The position numbers were made by a program, and so were the translations under genes. The notes beneath the pieces were generated by a model. It made no database searches. It was not told the origin of the DNA and saw nothing but the letters and a program-made list of their open reading frames with translations. This document shows, in pieces, positions 30,857 through 39,759 of a stretch of 39,759 nucleotides of DNA. The number at the start of each line of letters is the position of its first letter. Within the stretch, counting starts at the first letter, position 1. The stretch lies in sequence record DRR723986_1727. One strand, written 5' to 3'.

Positions 30857-31406
30857 TGGCGTTCTCCTGCTCGCGCTGGTCGCGACCACGGTCCGGATGC
30901 TTTCCATGCACCGGGAGCTGCGCCGACTGGGCAGCTACCATGATGACTACCAGCGTATCTTCGATCAGACCGCCCTCGCGCTCGACGGCATCGAGGTCTC
31001 GATCCAGGAGATCAACGTAAAGGGTGCCCAGATCCTCAATGCGCTCGGCAACCGGATGGACGATGCTCGGGAACTGATCGCGGAAATCGACGGTCTGACC
31101 CGTGAGGCAAAGCGCCAGCAGTCCGTGCTGCGCGCGGAGCTGAAGGAGCTCTCCAAGGCGACCGCCGTCCTGCATGACCCGAAACGCTTTGCGCCCGTTC
31201 GCGACGACATCGACATCTTCGCCGAAGACACGGCAGGCGAGCAGACAGCTGGCGCCGCCGGTTCCACTCAGTCCGGCGGGCGCAAGGAAACGACCATTCA
31301 TCGCGGCCAGGTCCATCAACAGGCGCCGACACGCGTCCACCGTATCGACAATTCGCTGCAAAGCCCGTTCCGCACGGTCTCCATGAACCAAAAGGATAAG
31401 ATGTAA
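30837..31406 (+). CDS. Hypothetical membrane-anchored coiled-coil protein between fliM and fliN
   Basis: ATG 30837 inside the fliM 3' end; N-terminal TM (IVDGVLLLALVATTV), heptad-rich middle; TAATG overlap with fliN. Confidence 0.75.
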   Translation: MISAIVDGVLLLALVATTVRMLSMHRELRRLGSYHDDYQRIFDQTALALDGIEVSIQEINVKGAQILNALGNRMDDARELIAEIDGLTREAKRQQSVLRAELKELSKATAVLHDPKRFAPVRDDIDIFAEDTAGEQTAGAAGSTQSGGRKETTIHRGQVHQQAPTRVHRIDNSLQSPFRTVSMNQKDKM

Positions 31407-31798
31407 TGTCCGAAACAATCATCGATCACATCGACGCTGAAAAAGGCCCGAAAACCCGCCCGGCCGATGCCGCGAGTTTCGCCAAGGTGGAATCGCCGGA
31501 AAAGAACCAGAATGGCGATACCATCGGTGACGACCGAAATCTCGACACCATCCTCGGCATTCCCGTCAACATCCAGGTGGTTCTCGGATCTGCGACCATG
31601 CTGGTTTCCAACCTCCTGAAACTCGGTCGCGGCGCGGTCATTCCGCTCAATCATCGTGTCGGCGAACCGATCGACATCGTGGTCAACGGCCGTGTCATCG
31701 CCCGCGGAGAAGTGGTGGTTGTGGAAGACGACAACTCGCGCTTCGGCGTTTCGCTGACGGAGATCATGAGCGCCCAGGCCGGCGGTATGGACATCTGA
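31406..31798 (+). CDS. fliN: Flagellar motor switch protein FliN
   Basis: ILGIPVNIQVVLG, LLKLGRGAVIPL, GEPIDIVVNGRVIARGEVVVV, FGVSLTEI. Confidence 0.95.
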   Translation: MSETIIDHIDAEKGPKTRPADAASFAKVESPEKNQNGDTIGDDRNLDTILGIPVNIQVVLGSATMLVSNLLKLGRGAVIPLNHRVGEPIDIVVNGRVIARGEVVVVEDDNSRFGVSLTEIMSAQAGGMDI

Positions 31799-31867
31799 GG
31801 TCGAGATTCTCCGGCCTCACATTCTCCGGTTTGCCCAAGGCTGTATCCTTAGGATTGAAGTGACAAA

Positions 31868-32932
31868 ATGATGAATTCCGCCAACGCCGCCGCAGCAACC
31901 GCTGCAAACCTGGCCAAGCCACCTGCTCCGCCTGCCCGCCGAATGAACGGTACACAGCGCGTGGCCGCTCTGCTGCTGTCGCTGGGCAAGACGAGTTCGC
32001 AGAAATTGCTCCGGCATTTCGATCAGGAAGAAATCCGGATGATCACCGTCTCCGCAGCTCAGCTCGGCACGGTGGCATCGGAAGAACTTGATCGGCTGGC
32101 CGAGGAATTCATCGAGCAGTTCTCTCATGGCACGACGCTTTATGGTTCGGCCAACGAAGTGGAGAAAATGCTGGAAGGTGTCCTGCCGGACGATCAGCTT
32201 GCAGACATCATGTCGGACGTGCTCGGCAACTCCAACCGGTCCATCTGGGACCGTTTGACCACGGTTTCCGAAACGGTGTTCGCAAACTATCTCCTGAAGG
32301 AACACCCGCAAACCGCAGCGCTGATCCTGACAAAGATAAAGCCGAGTGCAGCAGCAAAGGTTCTCGGCCAGATCAATAACCAGACACGCAACTCTCTTGT
32401 CCGGCGCATGCTGTCGATCAAGGCGGTTGTGCCGGAGATCATGCGCGACGTCGAAAAGACCATGCATGAGGATTTCATGCTCAACCTGTCGGGCACCCTG
32501 GAAGCCGACTCCCATGCTCGCATGGCGGACATTCTCAACAAGATGGACCGCGAGCACATGGAAGACGCTCTGGAGAACCTGAACGAGGTGAAACCGAAAA
32601 CCGCAGAACTTCTGAAGGGTCTGCTCTTTACCTTCGACGACATTACCAATCTCAACGCCCGGACACGCATGGCTATTTTCGATCAGATCCCGACGGACCG
32701 GATCGTGCTGGCCCTGAAGGGAACCAACGCCCAGTTCCGGGAAGTGATCCTGTCTTCTCTGACATCACGCGCACGTCGTATCGCCGAACACGAACTTGCA
32801 GCCGGCGAACCGGCCGCTCAGCGCGACGTTCTGGATGCCCGCAGTGCGATCACCAATCTCGCGCTGGAAATGGCATCGCGTGGTGAAATCGAGCTGAATC
32901 CGAAGCAGGACGAAGGCGCATTCTTTGCGTGA
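31868..32932 (+). CDS. fliG: Flagellar motor switch protein FliG
   Basis: G.QRVAALLLSLG, EHPQTAALIL, LFTFDDI, LALKG, TSRARR. Confidence 0.93.
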   Translation: MMNSANAAAATAANLAKPPAPPARRMNGTQRVAALLLSLGKTSSQKLLRHFDQEEIRMITVSAAQLGTVASEELDRLAEEFIEQFSHGTTLYGSANEVEKMLEGVLPDDQLADIMSDVLGNSNRSIWDRLTTVSETVFANYLLKEHPQTAALILTKIKPSAAAKVLGQINNQTRNSLVRRMLSIKAVVPEIMRDVEKTMHEDFMLNLSGTLEADSHARMADILNKMDREHMEDALENLNEVKPKTAELLKGLLFTFDDITNLNARTRMAIFDQIPTDRIVLALKGTNAQFREVILSSLTSRARRIAEHELAAGEPAAQRDVLDARSAITNLALEMASRGEIELNPKQDEGAFFA

Positions 32933-32984
32933 TCGTCTTTGCAAGCGGTTCGACGTGATCTGAGCCTGAACACCGGGTGGCTGG

Positions 32985-34058
32985 ATGTCGGAAGAAGACA
33001 AGGATTCAAAAACAGAGGAACCGACCGAGAAAAAGATCAGCGATGCCATAGAAAAGGGCAACACCCCGGTCTCACGGGAAGCCCCCGTTCTGGCAACATT
33101 TATCGCGACGCTCTTGATCGGCAGTTTCGTTATTACATCGGCATCGAGTCAGCTCGTGCAAACGCTGACGCATCTTCTGGACCTTTCGGGAGGAGTGGAT
33201 CTTGGAAACAGCGCCGACGCATTGTTGCTCTCCCATGCGGTGTCGATCGAGGTCATGGTCTTCCTCGCCCCGATTGTCGCACTGCTTGCCGTGTCCGGTC
33301 TTGCGTCCGCTTTTTTGCAGAACACGCCCAGCATCGTTTTTCACCGCATCAAGCCGGATGCCTCCAAGCTCTCGCTGGCGAAGGGCTGGAGCCGCATATT
33401 CGGAGCCCAAGGCCTTGTGGAGTTCCTCAAGGCAGTCTTCAAGTTCTCCACGGTCAGTGCCATCGTCTATGGCCAGTTCCGGGCGAATGAAGCGGAACTG
33501 ATCAACGCCATGTTCACAGATCCAAGCGCACTTCCCGAAGCGATCCTTCAGATATCGATGAAGCTGATCGCCGGCGTCTGCATCGTAACCATTCTACTGG
33601 TTACAGTCGACATTCTCTGGTCCCGCTCGCACTGGCGCAAGAACCTGCGCATGAGCAAGCAGGAGATCAAGGACGAGCACAAGCAGATGGAAGGCGACCC
33701 GATCGTCAAGGCCCGGCAACGCTCGCTCGCACGCGACCGGGCACGAAACCGCATGATGTCAGCCGTGCCGCAAGCAACCCTGATTGTTGCCAATCCGACA
33801 CACTTCGCCGTTGCCTTGCGCTACGACGGGGACCAAAACCCTGCCCCGGTTGTTGTAGCTAAAGGGCAGGATCTGATTGCGCTGAAGATCAGGGAGATCG
33901 CCGAGGCGAACAATATTCCCGTGATCGAGGACCGGCAACTTGCACGGTCTCTCTACGCTGCTACAGAAGTTGAAAGGATGATCCCGCCGGAATTCTACAG
34001 AGCAGTTGCGGAAATCATTTGCTACGTGTACTCACGCCAGACCAAAACTGCTGTATAA
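32985..34058 (+). CDS. flhB: Flagellar export protein FlhB
   Basis: KTEEPTEKK, LRMSKQEIKDEHKQMEGDP, autocleavage motif NPTH, KGQDLIALKIRE. Confidence 0.96.
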   Translation: MSEEDKDSKTEEPTEKKISDAIEKGNTPVSREAPVLATFIATLLIGSFVITSASSQLVQTLTHLLDLSGGVDLGNSADALLLSHAVSIEVMVFLAPIVALLAVSGLASAFLQNTPSIVFHRIKPDASKLSLAKGWSRIFGAQGLVEFLKAVFKFSTVSAIVYGQFRANEAELINAMFTDPSALPEAILQISMKLIAGVCIVTILLVTVDILWSRSHWRKNLRMSKQEIKDEHKQMEGDPIVKARQRSLARDRARNRMMSAVPQATLIVANPTHFAVALRYDGDQNPAPVVVAKGQDLIALKIREIAEANNIPVIEDRQLARSLYAATEVERMIPPEFYRAVAEIICYVYSRQTKTAV

Positions 34059-34083
34059 TTTAATGTATTTGGAGGTCCGGGGA

Positions 34084-34530
34084 ATGCACGATATGCCTGA
34101 AGGCAACGGCACGAAACCGTCGCCACTGGAATGCGACCGGCAGCGCCAGGAAGCAATTGCCTCTGCTCTGACCGATTTTATCGAAGATCTGAAACTGGTC
34201 GATGTGGTCGACTTCGTCGCCTATATCCGAACAGACCAGCACGGCAATATCGATGAATTGATCAAGACATCGGCCGAGCTCTTCTTCAAGGAAGGCTCCT
34301 TGCGCTATTCCATGGCCGCACAGGCAGATGTCGAGTGGGAAACCACCCCGCGCATTTCCCTGGATCTGGAATTCTTCAACAAGGGTGTCTGGATCTATTT
34401 TACCGCTGTCCTCGCCTGGCCGGACAATGCAGTCAACGTTTCCTATGTCGAAGTGCCGGACGCCGGTGGCAACAAGGCGAAAGAAACGGAACTGCTGCTC
34501 GAGGCCCTGAAGGACGCCCGGTTGCGGTAA
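34084..34530 (+). CDS. Hypothetical protein downstream of flhB
   Basis: 148 aa from ATG 34084 with GGAGG upstream; globular-looking (LKLVDVVDFVAYIR...SAELFFKEGSL...ISLDLEF); resembles the conserved unknown gene beside flhB in rhizobial clusters. Confidence 0.75.
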   Translation: MHDMPEGNGTKPSPLECDRQRQEAIASALTDFIEDLKLVDVVDFVAYIRTDQHGNIDELIKTSAELFFKEGSLRYSMAAQADVEWETTPRISLDLEFFNKGVWIYFTAVLAWPDNAVNVSYVEVPDAGGNKAKETELLLEALKDARLR

Positions 34531-34759
34531 TTGCGTTTCAGGCATCCCAAATAATTTCCGGTTTGTCAGGCAGCTCGTCCGCACAGATGCGAACGACGTG
34601 GCGGCCCGCTATTTCGCCTGATGCATCGGCAACTTACCGAATTTCGCCAACTTGCTTCAATTCTGCCAGCCTAGCACCATATGCTGTTGTCCCTGCCGCG
34701 CGTTTCGGGTCTTCCGGACCTTGAAACTACCTGCAACTGAAACCAGAGAAACGGCGCGT

Positions 34760-35017
34760 ATGAAAAAAATCCAGATCCCGGAAGATCCCGCCCACATGGT
34801 GACTGCAATCGTCGCCTATGCCGGGATCGCCAAACGCCTGCACGTGGAGCTCTCAAATCGGCCGATGGGTACGCAAGTGGATCTGGAAGCCATCAAGGCC
34901 GACTTGATAGCCGAAGCAAAAAGAGCGGTGCCTCACGGAGATTTCGCCAAAGACGAAATCGGTGTCTACAAGACCATCTTCCAGGCGATCGACACGATTT
35001 TCGATACTGATGGCTAA
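34760..35017 (+). CDS. Small hypothetical protein (85 aa)
   Basis: ATG 34760, protein-like amphipathic composition, fills an otherwise empty gap. Confidence 0.6.
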   Translation: MKKIQIPEDPAHMVTAIVAYAGIAKRLHVELSNRPMGTQVDLEAIKADLIAEAKRAVPHGDFAKDEIGVYKTIFQAIDTIFDTDG

Positions 35018-35084
35018 AATCGGCATTCACTAAACGCCGCGAAACAAGCACAACGAATTTATATTGACCTGCCATCGCTCAAAT

Positions 35085-35279
35085 TCACTCTCCCAGAAGC
35101 GTCGACAAGCGCTCCATGATTTCGTGCAGGCTTTTTCCGGTTAGCCGCATTTCCCTCGCCTGCTCACCGTCTTCAACATCGGAATAAAGCAGGATTTCAA
35201 CTGCGTTTTCCAAAACCTGGATATCATCGGAAGTCAGATCGATTGAGCCACGACGGCTCGATACCGTTATCGTCTTCAT
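35085..35279 (-). CDS. Small hypothetical protein (64 aa)
   Basis: ATG 35279 with GGAGG RBS upstream; acidic and helical-looking. Confidence 0.6.
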   Translation of the reverse strand: MKTITVSSRRGSIDLTSDDIQVLENAVEILLYSDVEDGEQAREMRLTGKSLHEIMERLSTLLGE

Positions 35280-35394
35280 GGACCTATCCTCCAAACCGTA
35301 CCAGGCAAAGTCGCGCACTCTGCGCTCGGTCTATTGCGTAGGTTTTCCGAATAGTCCTGTTCCATCAAGCACAAAACAGGCCGCGGTGAGGATC

Positions 35395-35423
35395 AAAAAA
35401 AGCGCCCAGCCGAAACTGGGCGC
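35395..35423 (-). terminator. Rho-independent terminator of the FlgJ/FlgN/MotF-like operon
   Basis: GCGCCCAG/CTGGGCGC 8-bp stem followed by T7 on the minus strand. Confidence 0.8.
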
Positions 35424-35478
35424 CAATTGCCTGGGAGGCGGCAGAAGAAGTTTTTCAGTACAAGACAAGGATCAGCGG

Positions 35479-35934
35479 CTAGTGCGTGATCACGTCTTCC
35501 TTGTCGAAATAGTTGAATTCCTCCACCAGGACGTCGTGCACCACGGGTCGGCCGAGACGAGCGTTGGTGGTTTTCTTGAGACGTTCGGTGAAAGCCTCCA
35601 GATCGTAACGTTCCAGGCTACGGAAATCGAGGGTTTCATCCGAATAGAGTACCCGGAAGGCTTCATCCACCAGGAAAGGATGTGGCGGCACAGGCAGGCG
35701 GCGCAATGTATCGCCATCCGCTGTGAAGACCATCTTGATCACCACATATCCCTGCAGCGTGCCATCAAACAGGATCGGCACGTTGACCGGGTTCACTGTC
35801 TCATAATCCAGCCCTACAAACGCCGGCTCATCGTCGCCGACCCTTTTCTGGGCTGCCAGATACTGCGTGGTGCCGTAACCGGACGCCAGCATGGTGGCAG
35901 ACATCCAGAGGCCGGCAACAAGAGTCTTGATCAT
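35479..35934 (-). CDS. FliL-like protein (probable MotF-type stator accessory)
   Basis: N-terminal TM, VNVPILFDGTLQGYV, VHDVLVEEFNY resembling the FliL C-terminus; last gene of the flhA-fliR-X-flgJ-flgN block as in rhizobia. Confidence 0.65.
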   Translation of the reverse strand: MIKTLVAGLWMSATMLASGYGTTQYLAAQKRVGDDEPAFVGLDYETVNPVNVPILFDGTLQGYVVIKMVFTADGDTLRRLPVPPHPFLVDEAFRVLYSDETLDFRSLERYDLEAFTERLKKTTNARLGRPVVHDVLVEEFNYFDKEDVITH

Positions 35935-36359
35935 CGAGCCCTCTCCGGAAACGGTGCCTGATACGTGCCGTCGGATTCATAGTCGATCATGGTTCTGGAC
36001 ATCATGCCGACAACTTCCGTCACCGCATTCATATGCAGTTGCAACAGGCCGACATTCTCATCAAGCACTTCCTTGAATTCGGCGATGTCTTCGCGCAGCT
36101 CCTCGGAATAGAACGCCGGCGGCACGAGTGACCGAGCCCTGGACAGGTCAAGCAAAGCCTGGCTCTTGCCGTATTCGAAGATCTTCAGGTCCGCTGTCGG
36201 GTTTGCACGAAGCGCCCGGGTTTCCTCGCGCACAGCGCCGATTGCTCGGCGAACGGCGACCACCAGCGGCATGGATCGCACCGGATCGGGGGTGAATTCC
36301 TGAAGTGCGAGATCGGTCACGGCAACGTCCTGAAAGTCAACATCGTTGGCAGCGTCCAT
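35931..36359 (-). CDS. FlgN-like flagellar chaperone (putative)
   Basis: Helical 142 aa, EETRAL...KSQALLDL...L.EN..LL..H..AV...DGTY; ATGA overlap with the downstream gene. Confidence 0.6.
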   Translation of the reverse strand: MDAANDVDFQDVAVTDLALQEFTPDPVRSMPLVVAVRRAIGAVREETRALRANPTADLKIFEYGKSQALLDLSRARSLVPPAFYSEELREDIAEFKEVLDENVGLLQLHMNAVTEVVGMMSRTMIDYESDGTYQAPFPERAR

Positions 36360-36781
36360 CAGGCTTTAACTCCCTTTTCAAGCGTATCTGAAATCAGGCC
36401 GGCAATACCGACACCGCCACTGGCGGCAAGCTGGTTTGCGACCTGTTCGGCAAGCATCGATTTCCAGATTTCCCCGGCGGTTCCGGACCCGAAGACCGCT
36501 TCGGAGTCATCCGGTAGCATTGTTTCGACGAACTGGCTGAGGATCATCGCCTCGAATTTCTCCGCAGGAGACTTTTGGGACGGTCCTTCGTAATTGGCGG
36601 TTCGAAAACTGCCTTCAGTGGCTCCTGCCCGGTTCGTCGCACCGGCATAGGCAAATGCAAAGCCATCCCCCGATCCACCAGCGGAAATGGACCTGAGACG
36701 GTTCGTGGCGTCGGCAAGGTTCACCGGATCGGCAGCCTTGGACACGTCCAGGATCAGATCTGAAGGAGGCGAAATCGCCAT
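36359..36781 (-). CDS. Rod-binding (FlgJ N-terminal-like) protein
   Basis: MAISPPSDLILDV..AADP, KFEAMILSQFVETMLP, FGSGTAGEIWKSMLAEQ, GGVGIA; GAGGAG RBS before ATG 36781; no muramidase domain. Confidence 0.85.
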   Translation of the reverse strand: MAISPPSDLILDVSKAADPVNLADATNRLRSISAGGSGDGFAFAYAGATNRAGATEGSFRTANYEGPSQKSPAEKFEAMILSQFVETMLPDDSEAVFGSGTAGEIWKSMLAEQVANQLAASGGVGIAGLISDTLEKGVKA

Positions 36782-36878
36782 GCTGGGCTCCTCGAAAAAC
36801 ATAAGGTGCAAACAAGGCCCGGCAGGCGACAGGGCAAGGCAAGCAATACACTTGAACCGAACCTTGTTTGCATCCTCA

Positions 36879-36921
36879 GGAATAGCCTGTGCAGCTTGCG
36901 GGAGGCTTGCGTCTTCTTGCT
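36879..36921 (-). promoter_or_regulatory. Candidate Rem/LafR-type promoter upstream of the rod-binding gene
   Basis: Minus strand reads aGCAAG-aaga-CGCAAG-cctcc-CGCAAG-N10-TATTCC: three helically phased GCAAG repeats. Confidence 0.5.
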
Positions 36922-36960
36922 GGACGGCGACGAATATGCCCCGTTCACGCCAAGCGGCTT

Positions 36961-37341
36961 TCACCCGTATCTGCGGTCGAGCAGATCCATCAGGTCCCGT
37001 TCTTCTTCAGCACGCTGTTCCTCCCCACGCATCCTGGCGAGACGTTCAGCCATGAGTTTCAGCATCAACCGCTGGCGATCATATTCGGAGTTCACCTTTG
37101 CGCGTGCTTCGCTGAGCCGTGACATCTCCTCGATGATGCGTCTCAGCCGCTCGGCAGCGTTGGCGATAAACCTGTCGTGCTGTGCCAGGTCGCCATTCGA
37201 AAGGGCCAGCAGAATGCGTCTTTCCTTTTCGTTCAGCTGATAGACCTGAGCGTCAAGCTTCTGAAGTAGCCAGGATGAAAACAGGAAAATCTGCTTCTGC
37301 ATCCGGAACAAACGTTCAATATCCTGACTTTTTCTTGCCAT
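36961..37341 (-). CDS. Coiled-coil hypothetical flagellar protein (FliJ-like size and composition)
   Basis: 126 aa from ATG 37341, E/R/L-rich helical, directly after fliR. Confidence 0.65.
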   Translation of the reverse strand: MARKSQDIERLFRMQKQIFLFSSWLLQKLDAQVYQLNEKERRILLALSNGDLAQHDRFIANAAERLRRIIEEMSRLSEARAKVNSEYDRQRLMLKLMAERLARMRGEEQRAEEERDLMDLLDRRYG

Positions 37342-37371
37342 GGAACAGGAACCTTTCACGGTCAGGTTTGC

Positions 37372-38148
37372 CTAACCTATCTGGAGCCAAGTGAAGTAGC
37401 CGTCGAGGAAGATCATGATGGCCTCCGCGATGACGAGATAAAGAAAGTAGAGACCACCCGCGATTACGAACGGCATGGAGATGAAGTAGACCGGGATCTG
37501 CGGTGTCAGCTTGTTGACGAGGCCGACGGCAAAGTTCACAACGACCGTGTAGACGATGAACGGGCTGCAAACCCGCAATGCCAGGATGAAGGTTCGGCCC
37601 AACTGCTCGGCAAACTGCTCCAGGCTTGTCACGGCGGCCAGCGGCTGCCCGACCGGGATCGCTTCATAGGAGGCTGCCAGCCCGCGCAGAATTTCCCAAT
37701 GCTGGTTGGTGATGAACACCATCGCCGTTGCCGTCACCGTGAAAAGGTTTGCGACAGGCGGCAGGGAATCCACGCCATCGATCGGCATGCCCGGCATGTT
37801 CGACAGGCCGATTGCCATGGACACCAGCGTCGTCAAAGTCTCCAGAGCCGCCAGAAAGATGCGTCCCAGAAAACCGATGAAGGCTCCGGTCAGCAACTCC
37901 GCCCCGATGAAGCCGGCAACAGTGCCGAGCTGCTCATCCGGCAAGGACGCCTGTACGCCTGGCGCCAACAGAGGCGACAAGGCCAACGCGACGGAAAGCG
38001 CGATGAACAGGCGAACATGCACCGGCACACGGTTACTGCCGAACCCCGGGATCACCATCAGGCAGGCTCCTATCCGGCAGAACAACAGGAAGACCGCCAG
38101 AAGCAGTGACGAGCTGAAGGTGCTGAAAAAGAGACCGCCGGAAATCAC
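37372..38148 (-). CDS. fliR: Flagellar export protein FliR
   Basis: [14 protein letters not shown]...[22 protein letters not shown]; very hydrophobic; GTGA overlap with the flhA stop. Confidence 0.94.
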   Translation of the reverse strand: MISGGLFFSTFSSSLLLAVFLLFCRIGACLMVIPGFGSNRVPVHVRLFIALSVALALSPLLAPGVQASLPDEQLGTVAGFIGAELLTGAFIGFLGRIFLAALETLTTLVSMAIGLSNMPGMPIDGVDSLPPVANLFTVTATAMVFITNQHWEILRGLAASYEAIPVGQPLAAVTSLEQFAEQLGRTFILALRVCSPFIVYTVVVNFAVGLVNKLTPQIPVYFISMPFVIAGGLYFLYLVIAEAIMIFLDGYFTWLQIG

Positions 38149-39759
38149 GAGACGCTTCCGAGCGCGGAAACATCCACTCCGCGTGCGATTTCAAGATGCG
38201 ACAGCACCGGCAAGGTCGGGAACATGCGCTCCACGATCATGCGTACATATGGCCGGGCATCAGGTGCCGCTACCACCGCGAAGCGGCTGCCGTCCTTCAT
38301 GTGTTTCTTGACCGCGTCGGACATCTGCGTGCCGAATTCCTCCACCAGTTGCGGCTCGATGTCGAACTCGATGACGTCGCCCTTCCCGTCCCGTTTCAGG
38401 GCATTGTGGAAGGCTAGATCCCATCGGTTTCCGAGACGCAGCACTTTCAGAGGGCCGCCTTCTGCAAGGTCGCCGCAAATCTGCTGGGCGATGCGCATTC
38501 GAACGTGCTCCACCACCTGCTCCGATCTGCGAACGTGCGGAACGATCTCGGCAACGGCTTCTAGGATCAGGTTGAGATTCCGGATCGAAACCCGTTCCGC
38601 CAGCAAAAGCTTGAGCACCGCTTGCAGACCGGAGAAAGACGTGTGCGCCGGACAGATATCGTCGAGAAGCTTCTGGTACTCCGGGTCCAGCCTGTCGAAC
38701 AGTTTGCGCATATCCTTGTAGGACAAGAGCTGCGGCAGGTTGTTGCGGATCACTTCACTCAGATGCGTGAGGATGACCGTGATGTTCTCGGCCGGCGTCA
38801 TGCCGCGGCGCTTGAGTTCGTCCTTGTACGCAGGCGGCACCCAGTAGGCTGGCATGCCGAATGCAGGCTCACGCGTCTGGTCAGCCGGTACCGGCAGTGC
38901 TTCGTCATTGTTCGGAATGACCAGCAGTTCACCCACTTTCAGATGCTGCGAAGCAATGATGGTGCCGTGGATCTTGATCTGGTAGCTCTTCGGATCAAGC
39001 GTCAGACTGTCGGTGACCCGAATATCGGGCACGACAAAACCATACTGCTCGGCAAACTTCCGGCGCATCTTGGCAACGCGGCGAGACAGTTCACCGGTTC
39101 GCGTCAGCAGCTCGGCGGAAAGCTGCTTGCCAAGAACCAGTTCGACCTCAGCCGACTTGAGCGTTTCCTTGACGGAGTCCTTTTCCTCAAGCTTTGCCTG
39201 TTCCTCCGCTGCGCGTATCTTGTCGTCCTCGACCTTTTTCGCCGCTGCCAAACGCCGCGGAATGGCATAGCCGATAAAGCCCATCAGGATCGCCAGCAGC
39301 AGGAACGGCAACATGGGCAGACCAGGCATCAACGCGAAGATGGCCATCAGGATAGCTGCGACGAACAGGGCACGCGGATAGCCGCCAAGCTGGCCGAGAA
39401 CAGCCTTGTCGGTCGATCCTCTGGTGCCGCCCTTGGACACCAGCAGACCAGCCGCAAGCGAAACGATCAGCGCCGGGATCTGGGAGACGAGGCCATCGCC
39501 GACGGAGAGCTTGGTGAAAACGTCTGCCGCGTTGGAAACCGTCATGTCATAGCGGGTCACGCCAATGACGATGCCGCCAAGGATGTTCACAGCCGTGATG
39601 ATCAGGCCGGCAATCGCGTCGCCGCGAACGAATTTGGAGGCACCATCCATGGCGCCGAAAAAGGAGCTTTCCTCTTCCAGTTCCTTGCGCCGACGCTGTG
39701 CTTCTTTGTCATCGATAAGGCCTGCGGAAAGATCCGCATCGATCGCCATCTGCTTGCCC
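38145..39759 (-). CDS. flhA: Flagellar export protein FlhA (5' part outside the window)
   Basis: [61 protein letters not shown]. Confidence 0.97.
   Translation of the reverse strand, partial: GKQMAIDADLSAGLIDDKEAQRRRKELEEESSFFGAMDGASKFVRGDAIAGLIITAVNILGGIVIGVTRYDMTVSNAADVFTKLSVGDGLVSQIPALIVSLAAGLLVSKGGTRGSTDKAVLGQLGGYPRALFVAAILMAIFALMPGLPMLPFLLLAILMGFIGYAIPRRLAAAKKVEDDKIRAAEEQAKLEEKDSVKETLKSAEVELVLGKQLSAELLTRTGELSRRVAKMRRKFAEQYGFVVPDIRVTDSLTLDPKSYQIKIHGTIIASQHLKVGELLVIPNNDEALPVPADQTREPAFGMPAYWVPPAYKDELKRRGMTPAENITVILTHLSEVIRNNLPQLLSYKDMRKLFDRLDPEYQKLLDDICPAHTSFSGLQAVLKLLLAERVSIRNLNLILEAVAEIVPHVRRSEQVVEHVRMRIAQQICGDLAEGGPLKVLRLGNRWDLAFHNALKRDGKGDVIEFDIEPQLVEEFGTQMSDAVKKHMKDGSRFAVVAAPDARPYVRMIVERMFPTLPVLSHLEIARGVDVSALGSVS

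Overview
GC-rich alphaproteobacterial chromosome segment of Hyphomicrobiales/Rhizobiales type. Roseibium/Labrenzia-like is my guess from gene content, not something the sequence proves. Left to right: the 3' part of tRNA-Lys(TTT); an RND pump plus its MFP, with no outer-membrane factor or regulator in the window; a VOC/glyoxalase-like gene; the core block pyrG-secG-tpiA / ppiD-trpD-trpC-moaC-moeA; a form II CoxL-type molybdo-flavoprotein operon (coxG-S-L-M, AYRGAGR motif); a membrane histidine kinase followed 1 bp later by a REC-(DUF3369-like)-degenerate GGDEF-intact EAL protein; a Rem/FtcR/LafR-type flagellar regulator flanked by AT-rich DNA; and part of a rhizobial or lateral-type flagellar cluster (fliI, flgF, DUF1217, motA, fliM, fliN, fliG, flhB, MotF/FlgN/FlgJ/FliJ-like genes, fliR, partial flhA) containing several unexplained small genes. 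The best leads are: (i) a possible phosphorelay-controlled c-di-GMP phosphodiesterase module next to the flagellar regulator; (ii) a shared tandem CGYMAG-N5-SGYAAG-N10-(-10-like) motif in three flagellar promoters; (iii) an orphan gene overlapping both flgF and fliI; (iv) a FliM lacking the CheY-P binding peptide. I saw no mobile element, CRISPR array or clear pseudogene.
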